NCBI RefSeq assembly: GCF_014280175.1 | Contig: NZ_CP047931.1 | Span: forward strand, 120,001 to 152,000 | DNA: 32,000 nt | Direction of reading: 5' to 3' | Source of the DNA: Synechococcus sp. A15-28 | Lineage (GTDB): Bacteria > Cyanobacteriota > Cyanobacteriia > PCC-6307 > Cyanobiaceae | Shown here: one piece after another, positions 20,772 to 30,178 of the stretch | How positions within the stretch are numbered: the stretch's first letter is position 1 | Layout of the letters: every line of letters begins with the position of its first letter | Notes under the pieces: model-generated | The model's database searches: none | Told to the model about the DNA's origin: nothing | Seen by the model: only the letters and a program-made list of their open reading frames with translations | Translations under genes and position numbers: made by a program

Positions 20772-21953
20772 ATGACCCAAGCAGCCTCCCTCTCCGATCG
20801 ACTCAGCCGAGAGCTGCCTGAGCTGCTGCAGCTGCGCCGGCATCTGCATGCCCACCCCGAACTCAGCGGCGAGGAACATCAGACGGCTGCCCTGGTGGCG
20901 GGCGAATTACGTCAGCTGGGTTGGCGCGTACGCGAGGGAGTTGGCCGCACCGGGGTGCTTGCCGAATTGGGTCCTGACCACGGCCCCACGGTGGGCTTAC
21001 GGGTGGACATGGACGCCCTGCCTGTGGAGGAGCGCACCGGTCTGCCCTATGCCTCCACCCGCCAGGGCTTGATGCATGCCTGCGGCCATGATTTGCACAC
21101 TTGCACGGGCCTTGGTGTCGCACGCTTGCTGGCTCAGGAGCCCCGTTTAGGGGCTCAAGTGCGGCTGCTGTTTCAACCCGCCGAAGAGTTGGCCCAGGGG
21201 GCGGTGTGGATGCGAGAAGCGGGGGCGGTGGAGGGACTCGATGCGTTGTATGGCGTGCATGTGGTGCCGAATCTGCCGGTGGGCACGGTGGGAATCCGGC
21301 GGGGCTGTCTCACGGCGGCGGCCGGTGAGCTGGAGATCCTGGTGCAGGGGGAGGGCGGCCATGGCGCCCGTCCCCATCAGTCGGTGGATGCTGTTTGGCT
21401 TGCGGCTCGGGTGATCACGGAGCTGCAGCAGACCATCGCCCGCCGCTTGGACGCCTTGCAGCCGGTGGTGGTCAGTTTCGGCAAGGTGGAAGGGGGTCGT
21501 GCCTTCAACGTGATTGCCGATCAAGTGCGCTTGCTGGGCACGGTTCGCTGTCTGGATTTGCAGCAGCACGCCCAGCTGTCGACTTGGATTGACGACACGG
21601 TGCAGCGGATCTGTGCCAGCGGCGGCGGCACTGCTGTGGTGAACTACCGCTGCATTGCCCCACCGGTGCACAACGATCCGCAGCTCACAGACCTGCTGGA
21701 GCGCTCCGCGGTGGAGTGCCTGGGCCGAGCCAAGGTGCTGCCAGTGGAGCAACCCTCCCTGGGGGCCGAAGACTTTGCTGAGTTACTTCGGGATGTGCCG
21801 GGAATGATGGTGCGGTTGGGGGTGGCTGGGCCGGAGGGGTGTGCGCCGCTGCATAACGGAGCTTTTGCCCTGGAGGAAGGCGCTCTCGGTGTGGGCATTG
21901 CTGTTCTCACGGCCACCGTGCTGGCGTGGATCACGGAGAACACGTCGGCATGA
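20772..21953 (+). CDS. M20D-family amidohydrolase (N-acyl-L-amino-acid amidohydrolase / hippurate-hydrolase-like)
   Basis: LRRHLHAHPELSGEEHQTA, LRVDMDALPV, HACGHDLH, QPAEE and RLG motifs are characteristic of the peptidase M20D/ama family. Confidence 0.85.
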   Translation: MTQAASLSDRLSRELPELLQLRRHLHAHPELSGEEHQTAALVAGELRQLGWRVREGVGRTGVLAELGPDHGPTVGLRVDMDALPVEERTGLPYASTRQGLMHACGHDLHTCTGLGVARLLAQEPRLGAQVRLLFQPAEELAQGAVWMREAGAVEGLDALYGVHVVPNLPVGTVGIRRGCLTAAAGELEILVQGEGGHGARPHQSVDAVWLAARVITELQQTIARRLDALQPVVVSFGKVEGGRAFNVIADQVRLLGTVRCLDLQQHAQLSTWIDDTVQRICASGGGTAVVNYRCIAPPVHNDPQLTDLLERSAVECLGRAKVLPVEQPSLGAEDFAELLRDVPGMMVRLGVAGPEGCAPLHNGAFALEEGALGVGIAVLTATVLAWITENTSA

Positions 21954-22177
21954 ACCAACGTCGTGCGGTGATTTGGGTTTCCCTCGGGGCCCCGTTGCTG
22001 ATCCTGCTCGCGTTGCTGGCCACCAACCAGCGTCAGGGCAAGGACCGGGTGCAGGTGCTTCCAGCAGTGCTGGTGGGTTCGGGTCTCGTCATCAGCAGAG
22101 TTCTCGGTCGGCAGCGCCGCCGCGCCAGGCTGTTGGCCGATCTTCAGCGGGCGCGCACCCCCGGCAGAAACCCATGA
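21950..22177 (+). CDS. Small membrane protein (75 aa), hypothetical
   Basis: ATG at 21950 overlaps the upstream stop (ATGA). Two hydrophobic segments and a basic tail. No motif. Confidence 0.45.
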   Translation: MNQRRAVIWVSLGAPLLILLALLATNQRQGKDRVQVLPAVLVGSGLVISRVLGRQRRRARLLADLQRARTPGRNP

Positions 22178-22788
22178 GCGAGAGAGATCCGCAACGTCCT
22201 GATCTCGAGGCGGTCCGTCAGGCCATTGCCAGTGGGGATCCGGTCCAGGCGATGCCGGCGATCACCCAGCTCCGCCATTGCACGGACGCTGAGGCGGTGC
22301 CGTTACTGGTGCTGGGCACAGAGCAAAAACCGTTCTTGGTGCGTTCCTTGAGCTGCAGCGGACTGGGTTACAAGCGCACCGAACAGGGCTGGAACGTGTT
22401 GAGTGCGTTGATCACTGCCGATGAAGACCCTAATGTGCGCGCTGAGGCCGCCAATGCTCTGGCCAGCTACGGGGTGGAGCGGGCTTGGCCTTTGCTGCGG
22501 TCGGCATTTGAAGCCGATGCCGCCTGGTTGGTGCGCTGCAGCATCCTGTCCGCCCTTGCGGAACAGCCCGCCATCGATCTGGGTTGGTTGCTGGAGTTGG
22601 CGACCATGGCGATCACCGATGCGGACGGCACGGTGCGGGTGAGTGGTGCCGAAATCCTCAGTCGTATTGTGCAGGATGGAGGTCAGCAGCCGATTGGCGA
22701 GCAGGCGAGAACCCTCCTTCAGCCGCTACAGCAGGACGGCGACCACCGTGTGGTGGCTGCGGCACTGAACGGATTGCAGCGGGGTTGA
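22174..22788 (+). CDS. HEAT-repeat (PBS-lyase-type HEAT-like) protein
   Basis: Repeated DPNVRAEAANALASYG / WLVRCSILSALAE / DGTVRVSGAEILS / DHRVVAAALNGL units. ATGA overlap with the upstream ORF. 204 aa. Confidence 0.7.
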   Translation: MSERDPQRPDLEAVRQAIASGDPVQAMPAITQLRHCTDAEAVPLLVLGTEQKPFLVRSLSCSGLGYKRTEQGWNVLSALITADEDPNVRAEAANALASYGVERAWPLLRSAFEADAAWLVRCSILSALAEQPAIDLGWLLELATMAITDADGTVRVSGAEILSRIVQDGGQQPIGEQARTLLQPLQQDGDHRVVAAALNGLQRG

Positions 22789-22825
22789 AGGTCCCACCTG
22801 CGGGACTCTTGCTAGCTTTTGAACA

Positions 22826-22920
22826 CCACTAGGGGTGTCCGGGTCTTCTTACAAGGCTTGGACTGAGATCACACCCTCCGAACCTGAAACCGGGTCATGC
22901 CGGCGCAGGGAAGTGTATGA
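22826..22920 (+). promoter_or_regulatory. TPP (THI-box) riboswitch in the thiC leader
   Basis: Contains AGGGGTG...GGACTGAGATCACACCC...GAACCTGAAACCGGGTCATGCCGGCGCAGGGAAG. This has the conserved CUGAGA, ACCUGA and GCCGG..AGGGA elements of the THI element, about 55 nt upstream of the thiC ATG. Confidence 0.8.
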
Positions 22921-22941
22921 GCGTGATCTGTGGCTATCTAG

Positions 22942-24339
<1,398 letters not shown>

Positions 24340-24340
24340 G

Positions 24341-25171
24341 ATGAAGTCATTTATATATGGACATTGTGTGGGGCATGCCGGTTCTACTTACTTATCGAAA
24401 TTGGTAAAGTATCTTTATCCGGAACTTGCCGTTGTACACGGAAAAGAAGTTACCTTGCAAAAATATAATGAATCTTATATGTATAAACTCCCGGAAAATG
24501 CATCCAATATATTTTCCTCAGGTGGAAGTTTGTTTGGTATTCATTGGGATCGTGCCGCATTCAATCCATACTTAAGTTTTTTGAAAGAACAAAGCACCAA
24601 GGATTTTGTATTAGCCAGAAATCTTGAGGAACAAGTCTGCTCAATGTATGCGCACTCCCTAAATCGTTACTCAGTGGATGAAATGAATCCATCTAATACT
24701 TTTATTCAAATGCTTATTTCGAAAGTTTCGATTCTGGGTCAAATAATTAGTTTAGCTGGTAAGAAAAATATTTCATCAATAGTAATTGCACGAATAATAC
24801 CATTAGTATTTTATACCTGGCGCATCACCTATTTTTATCATTTATTCAATGAACTGGAGCACAAGAATGATGAATATATCTTTATGGAAGATCTTTACTC
24901 AAAACCATCTTCAACATATACTTTTTTGAAGAAAAATTTCGGTTATGTAAATGAGGAAAACTGGGAAAAAATGGAGTCTTTTTCAGCATCAAAAAACGAA
25001 CATCAGAATAATAGAAAAGATAAATTGACAAAATTAATTCGATCCGACGAGTTTCGTTATGCAGCAAATTATTTTAATCAATTAAATCCGTTAAAATTAA
25101 AGTTCAGTAAATCCATTCTTAGCCATAAACGCTCTTTCCAATTTTTGCTAGACATAGGATTTGAATTGTAA
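24341..25171 (+). CDS. Sulfotransferase-like protein (tentative)
   Basis: The N-terminal GHAGSTYLSKL resembles the 5'-PSB loop (xxGTT/STxL). LARNLEEQVCSMYAH resembles the 3'-PB RxPxxxxxS.Y motif. The later FMEDLYSKP...FLKKNFGY resembles the usual YEDL...FLG segment. Motifs are read by eye only. Confidence 0.45.
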   Translation: MKSFIYGHCVGHAGSTYLSKLVKYLYPELAVVHGKEVTLQKYNESYMYKLPENASNIFSSGGSLFGIHWDRAAFNPYLSFLKEQSTKDFVLARNLEEQVCSMYAHSLNRYSVDEMNPSNTFIQMLISKVSILGQIISLAGKKNISSIVIARIIPLVFYTWRITYFYHLFNELEHKNDEYIFMEDLYSKPSSTYTFLKKNFGYVNEENWEKMESFSASKNEHQNNRKDKLTKLIRSDEFRYAANYFNQLNPLKLKFSKSILSHKRSFQFLLDIGFEL

Positions 25172-25330
25172 ATTAATTAATAATTGAATGATAGTCTGCT
25201 GCATTAATGGTTGACGCATAATTTGCATGAATATATGGAATATTAAGCATTCCGTAACAGATCTGTAGGTAAATCTGTTGTCACTAATCATAGAATAACA
25301 GTAGAATCAATTCTTCAGATAATATATTTA

Positions 25331-25897
25331 TCACCCTGGTAAATACCCTACTTGTTTTGTCAATATGTGGATATCCACCAAATATATCGCTAAGAAGTGT
25401 TCGGTCGCTTCTATTTGTTGAATCTGATAGTCATCAGAAGTTTTATCTATATTTAGCAAAATTATTTTCGTATTTATGAAATTGTGATTTTGCATTGTGC
25501 CTAAATACCTTGACCTTCCAAATATTGTTCAATGATTATTTAAATAGTCTTTCAGTTCTTCTTTAATGCATAAATCAATTTCAGAGAGTGAGTTTGAGAT
25601 GATTTCATCAAACGATAATGGTAAAAAAATTTCATTTGCAACCTCAAATCTACCATAAAAGCTTAAGTCACTCCCTCTTTTAAAATGACATAATCTATTC
25701 GCAATAAGCTGTGGACTGATGATGATTCCAAGATTGCCTACCTGTGATTGTAAATAAGAGTGAGGTACCGAGGAGTTATTTGTGATTATAAACGTAGCAC
25801 TAAAATAGGAATTTAAATATTGAAGAAGAGGGAAGTTGATGTGATCTCCATCAGTAAGAGTACCGTCCCAATCTATTGCAATAATCTTCTTTTTCAT
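25331..25897 (-). pseudogene. HAD-IIA-like phosphatase interrupted by an in-frame TGA (25529-25531) and 3'-truncated
   Basis: The N-terminal part (ATG 25897 to 25529) has motif I IAIDWDGTL and motif II IITNNSS. The same frame stays open for 57 more codons after the TGA (…TKIILLNIDKTSDDYQIQQIEATEHFL…), which is unusual for such AT-rich DNA. No recognisable C-terminal motifs follow. Confidence 0.55.
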
Positions 25898-25926
25898 GTA
25901 TAATTGGTTTGAAGTCACTTTCTAGC

Positions 25927-26661
25927 ATGTTAAAAAAAAGTGTACTAATTGTTGGTTCAAGTTCTGGATTGGGGAGAGCACTATTTGATTTATATTCATC
26001 TAATGGGGATAATGTTACCGGTTTAAGCCGATATAGAAATTGCTCAGTCCTAGATGAGCATCAATTAAAAGGTGATATTCATAAGTATGATTTATTGCAA
26101 AGTAATACACAAAAAGATTTTAATCATATTGTTATGAATATGTCATTTTTCACCCATTGCATCTTTTGTGTTGGAGGAGGCTATGGAATAAAATCAATGA
26201 TGCCCTCTTTTGATGATTTGCTTTTACTATTAAAACTTAATCTCTTGGTTCCGGCCGCTCTTGTGAGATCATTATTTGATATGAAGAAAATTAATAATAT
26301 CACTAAAATATGTTTTATATCTAGTATAGCCGCAGAAGAAGTGACTGCATCTGTTGGATACACAACAGCAAAATTAGCTCTCAATGGTTATTCTAAACTT
26401 CTAAGTAAGTATGACAATAAGGTAGGGCCTGTGATGACTGTGAAACTGGGGGCTGTAGAGGGTTACGGAGCAGCATTTGATAGATTAAAGGTAAATAATA
26501 AACCAGCCTACGAGGCATTTATACATGAACGGCTTAATGGAAGTTTTCCAATGCATGCGACCAATGTTGCTGAAGCAATTGTTTCTTTGCTAGATTTACC
26601 CTACAATTTAGTAAATGGTCTCACCATCAAATTGGACAATAGCGAGTCGTCAAAGGTTTAA
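25927..26661 (+). CDS. Short-chain dehydrogenase/reductase (SDR)
   Basis: Glycine-rich VLIVGSSSGLGRAL cofactor motif near the N-terminus, catalytic S…YTTAKLAL (YxxxK), about 244 aa. The ATG at 25927 is preferred over the TTG at 25909. Confidence 0.85.
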   Translation: MLKKSVLIVGSSSGLGRALFDLYSSNGDNVTGLSRYRNCSVLDEHQLKGDIHKYDLLQSNTQKDFNHIVMNMSFFTHCIFCVGGGYGIKSMMPSFDDLLLLLKLNLLVPAALVRSLFDMKKINNITKICFISSIAAEEVTASVGYTTAKLALNGYSKLLSKYDNKVGPVMTVKLGAVEGYGAAFDRLKVNNKPAYEAFIHERLNGSFPMHATNVAEAIVSLLDLPYNLVNGLTIKLDNSESSKV

Positions 26662-26665
26662 TCTT

Positions 26666-27430
26666 ATGAGTCTCTACACTAGTGGCATACAAAAATATAG
26701 CTTGCCAAATGATAGTTTGACGAACCAACTAATTGATTCTATCATCAAGGCAACTTCTGAATATACCGATAAAAGCTTCATTTCAGGTTTAGATCATATT
26801 CATGATTTTGTGGATGATAATGAATTAAATGAATACAGATTAAGTATTATCCAAAAGCTAAATTATAATCAGTTTGCAAGTAAACTAATTTTTTCTCATT
26901 GCAAAGAGATTCTTACTAGTATTTTAGGCCCCGATATTGCTATACAAAAAAATGTGGGATTATCAATTCAGATGCCAAACGACTCGAGTTCCCTTCTGCC
27001 TATACATAGTGATGTTTTTAGTAGTGACTGCTCACCTTATGAGCTCGTGATTTGGATTCCCTTAGTCAAGTGTTATAAGACAAAATCTATGTTCTACTTG
27101 CCCTTTGACCATTGTTCTAGTCTTCATGAATACCTACATTTACTAAGCTCAAATAACATTTCGAGTATCGACGAATTTCAATCAAAGTTCCAAAATAACT
27201 ATAAATTTTTAGAAATCACCCCCCCATCTTTTGCTCTTTTTTATCATTCTATATGGCATGGGAATGTGATTAATTGCGAGCCTGAAACGAGGTGGTCTAT
27301 AAATCTGAGAGTAAAAGGATTATTTACGCCATATAAAGGAAAGCAGATAGGAGATTATTTTACAATTGCCCAAATTTCAGATGCAACAAAACTTTCTTCA
27401 TTGATCGATGAGATATATTATGACTCATAA
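26666..27430 (+). CDS. Fe(II)/2-oxoglutarate-dependent oxygenase (PhyH-like)
   Basis: The HxD…H facial-triad pattern (LPIHSDVF … FYHSIWHGNVIN) followed by RWSINLRV (a 2OG-binding Arg) is consistent with the phytanoyl-CoA-dioxygenase-like fold. ATG at 26666. Confidence 0.6.
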   Translation: MSLYTSGIQKYSLPNDSLTNQLIDSIIKATSEYTDKSFISGLDHIHDFVDDNELNEYRLSIIQKLNYNQFASKLIFSHCKEILTSILGPDIAIQKNVGLSIQMPNDSSSLLPIHSDVFSSDCSPYELVIWIPLVKCYKTKSMFYLPFDHCSSLHEYLHLLSSNNISSIDEFQSKFQNNYKFLEITPPSFALFYHSIWHGNVINCEPETRWSINLRVKGLFTPYKGKQIGDYFTIAQISDATKLSSLIDEIYYDS

Positions 27431-27866
27431 AAGAGCATTTGGCTATATTTCCAGTACTCCATTTTGGCGAGGACAGTATATTCCGCAAAAAATTCAAAAC
27501 CTCATCGTGCGCGATTATTGTATTCAAAGGGATATTAATTTCGTATGGTCTCTTCCTGAAATTTCATTAATTGACTCCTCTTTGTCTTTTAATGAACTTT
27601 TACGTTTAAGGAATGAAAATGATGTAACTGACATTGTATTTATCTCGTCTCAGATGCATAAACCCAATCTTCTCAGATCTATTATAAACACCTGTTTTGC
27701 TGAAAATGTAAATATTCATTTTGCTATTGAAAATGAAGAATACAATTTATGCTCAACTGTATATCCAGAAGTGGCCATCAACAAACTAATCTATGAATCT
27801 ATGATGGCTTCACATCGCCGTGAGGTCCCTGCTTCACTGCTAGCTCAGTATGCTAAAATTAAATGA
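27420..27866 (+). CDS. Small uncharacterised protein, LIC12192-like (sporadic carbohydrate-cluster family; from memory, unverified)
   Basis: The N-terminus FGYISSTPFWRGQYIPQKIQNLIVRDYC resembles what I recall of a TIGRFAMs family found next to a 2OG oxygenase in scattered glycan loci. It overlaps the oxygenase gene by 11 nt. An alternative ATG lies at 27408. Confidence 0.5.
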   Translation: MTHKRAFGYISSTPFWRGQYIPQKIQNLIVRDYCIQRDINFVWSLPEISLIDSSLSFNELLRLRNENDVTDIVFISSQMHKPNLLRSIINTCFAENVNIHFAIENEEYNLCSTVYPEVAINKLIYESMMASHRREVPASLLAQYAKIK

Positions 27867-27881
27867 TATACAATTAAAAGC

Positions 27882-28400
27882 ATGAGATCATTGATTTGTG
27901 TTGCATCAAATTTCCAAGATGAAGAAGTTATTTATCCATTCTATAAATTACAAGAATTCTCTGAGGTGACGATTGCTTCTTGTGACGGTAAAACAGTTTA
28001 TGGTAAGTATGGAGTCCCTGCGAGGGCGTCGAAGCGCTTCTCCGAAATTGACACTAATGAATATGATATATTGATTATTCCAGGCGGATTTGAGTGTCCA
28101 GATCGTCTAAGAATTGACGATGAATGTATTCGAATTGTTCAAGAGATGATTGATAAAAATAAGGTTGTAGGTGCGATATGTCATGGTCCTTGGGTTCTCA
28201 TTTCTGCAAATCGCACAAAAGGTCGTGATATGACTGGATATAAAGCAGTCCATATTGATCTTTCCAACTCAGGTGCAAATGTTTTGGATAGTAGTGATGT
28301 TGTAGTTGACGGGAATTTAGTAACTGCTCCACACTACAAGAACAATCCACAATTTATGCTTGCTGTTCAATCCTTGGCCACCAATAAAAGCCATGTCTGA
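27882..28400 (+). CDS. DJ-1/PfpI-family protein (class-I glutamine-amidotransferase-like fold)
   Basis: YDILIIPGG, the nucleophile elbow VGAICHGPWVL, and VVVDGNLVTAP. 172 aa. Confidence 0.85.
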   Translation: MRSLICVASNFQDEEVIYPFYKLQEFSEVTIASCDGKTVYGKYGVPARASKRFSEIDTNEYDILIIPGGFECPDRLRIDDECIRIVQEMIDKNKVVGAICHGPWVLISANRTKGRDMTGYKAVHIDLSNSGANVLDSSDVVVDGNLVTAPHYKNNPQFMLAVQSLATNKSHV

Positions 28401-30162
28401 GAAAAAAATATTTACCGCATCAAATTTAATTGTACAGTTTTTAGAGAATATAGATGTTTCAACGGTGTTTTGCGTTTCTGGCGGCTCAATCCATAATATT
28501 ATTGCTGCAATCGATTCGTCAGATAAAATTAAACTTGTACCTTGTTATCATGAGCAAGGTGCAGTCTTTGCAGCCGAAGCATACGCACGTGAAACAAATA
28601 ATCTTGGCGTTGTTCTAGTTACGTCGGGTCCAGGTCTGACTAATATTGTCACAGGAATTTCGTCATGTTGGGTAGACTCTATTCCCCTACTTGTTATAGC
28701 TGGTCAGGTTCTTTCGTCTCAGAGAATTAGTGAGCTGGATATTCCGATTCGTCAAAGAGGTGTTCAGGAATCACCCACACACGAATTGGTTCGGCCAAAT
28801 GCTAAATCGAGTTATTCAATATCAAAATCTTGTGATCTATTATATTATTTACAGATTGCCTCTCGAGATGCCCAAACCGACAGGAAAGGGCCTGTGATTC
28901 TTGAAATGCCTGTTGATACTACATATATGTCACTACCTTTGGAAAGAAAAAATTATTCTTGTTTTTTGCCCAACAACCTCCAATCTAATATTGCAAAGAC
29001 ATTACCAGCCCAAAAAAACGAATTACTCATTGACCGACTGATTGGTTGTCTTTCTCAATCCTGCTTGCCTTTGGTTCTTTTAGGAAACGGAATCAGATCA
29101 CTGTCGCAACAATCAGTTAATGTTTTGATTGACTTTTGCGTAAAAAATTCTATTTTCTATTCTTACACTTGGGCTGTAAAAGATATTATCGAGCCGATTT
29201 CTCATACTGCTTTATGCGTTGGCTCACCAGGAATTTTTGGGTCTCGTTCGGCTAATGCATGTTTGCGCCTTAGTGATTTTGTATTAGTTCTAGGTTCATC
29301 GTTTTCTTATACACATAGTGGTTATCGCTTGAGTAAGCTTAATATGGATAAATTTCATATAGTTGATATTGATTCATCGCAACTTGCTAAGCCTGAATTA
29401 AATCAATCTAGTAAGATTGTAGCAGACCTTAGGGTTTTCTTGCCTCATTTGTTCGATAGAATCCCATACGATTTCAAGCCTTTTCATAATGATAGTTTAG
29501 AGTTTTCTTCACGTCTTAAAAAATTCGAAGAGCATGATCTTATTTATAATGATAATAGCAGCATTTATTTGATAGCTCAGTCCTTGAATGAATATCTCTT
29601 TTCATCCAAAGACAACATCACTATTGTAACCGATATGGGTACATCTTTTACTGCTTTTCATGGCTTTCTCCGCTTGCACGGTGGGCGCATGTTTACTGCT
29701 TCTGGTCATGCACCTATGGGTTGGGGGCTTCCTGGGGCAATAGGAGCCGCCATGGCAGCTCCGAACAAAAAAATCATATGTCTTACTGGGGATGGTGGCC
29801 TATTAATGAATGTCCAGGAGCTTATGCAGCTTTCTTATTATCAGTTGAATATATCGATTATTTTATTGAATAATGGTGGCTATTCAACGATTATGAAAAC
29901 CACATCACGCTACCATGGTAAGAATCTTGCCTCTGATTCCAATTCAGGTGTTTGCATGCCTTGTTTTAAGGATTTAGCCAAAGCCTATAATATCCCTTTC
30001 TCTTCAACAAATCATTACTCTAGTATTCATACTCAAATTCTTCCTAATAGCCCTCAATTCATTGAAGTTATTGTGTCACCTGATGAGTATATTGGTCCCA
30101 GGCTTATGCCCTCCGATAGCATTGATGATGAACACCTTAATATGTATCCCTATCTTAATTAA
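28393..30162 (+). CDS. Thiamine-diphosphate-dependent enzyme, acetolactate-synthase-large-subunit-like (three-domain)
   Basis: N-terminal Pyr domain (VFCVSGGSIHNII, HEQGAVFAAEAYAR, VTSGPGLTNIVTGI) and C-terminal ThDP motif GDGGLLMNVQEL…LLNNGGY. 589 aa from the ATG at 28393, with an 8-nt overlap with the PfpI gene. Confidence 0.85.
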   Translation: MSEKKIFTASNLIVQFLENIDVSTVFCVSGGSIHNIIAAIDSSDKIKLVPCYHEQGAVFAAEAYARETNNLGVVLVTSGPGLTNIVTGISSCWVDSIPLLVIAGQVLSSQRISELDIPIRQRGVQESPTHELVRPNAKSSYSISKSCDLLYYLQIASRDAQTDRKGPVILEMPVDTTYMSLPLERKNYSCFLPNNLQSNIAKTLPAQKNELLIDRLIGCLSQSCLPLVLLGNGIRSLSQQSVNVLIDFCVKNSIFYSYTWAVKDIIEPISHTALCVGSPGIFGSRSANACLRLSDFVLVLGSSFSYTHSGYRLSKLNMDKFHIVDIDSSQLAKPELNQSSKIVADLRVFLPHLFDRIPYDFKPFHNDSLEFSSRLKKFEEHDLIYNDNSSIYLIAQSLNEYLFSSKDNITIVTDMGTSFTAFHGFLRLHGGRMFTASGHAPMGWGLPGAIGAAMAAPNKKIICLTGDGGLLMNVQELMQLSYYQLNISIILLNNGGYSTIMKTTSRYHGKNLASDSNSGVCMPCFKDLAKAYNIPFSSTNHYSSIHTQILPNSPQFIEVIVSPDEYIGPRLMPSDSIDDEHLNMYPYLN

Positions 30163-30178
30163 ATTTTTTTAGATACCA

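Noticed and set aside
28393-30162. Reading the ThDP enzyme as phosphonopyruvate or sulfopyruvate decarboxylase, which would indicate a phosphonate pathway.
   Set aside because: The protein is a full-length three-domain ALS-type enzyme of about 589 aa, not the shorter or split decarboxylase type. No PEP mutase is visible in the window, though one could lie beyond 32000.
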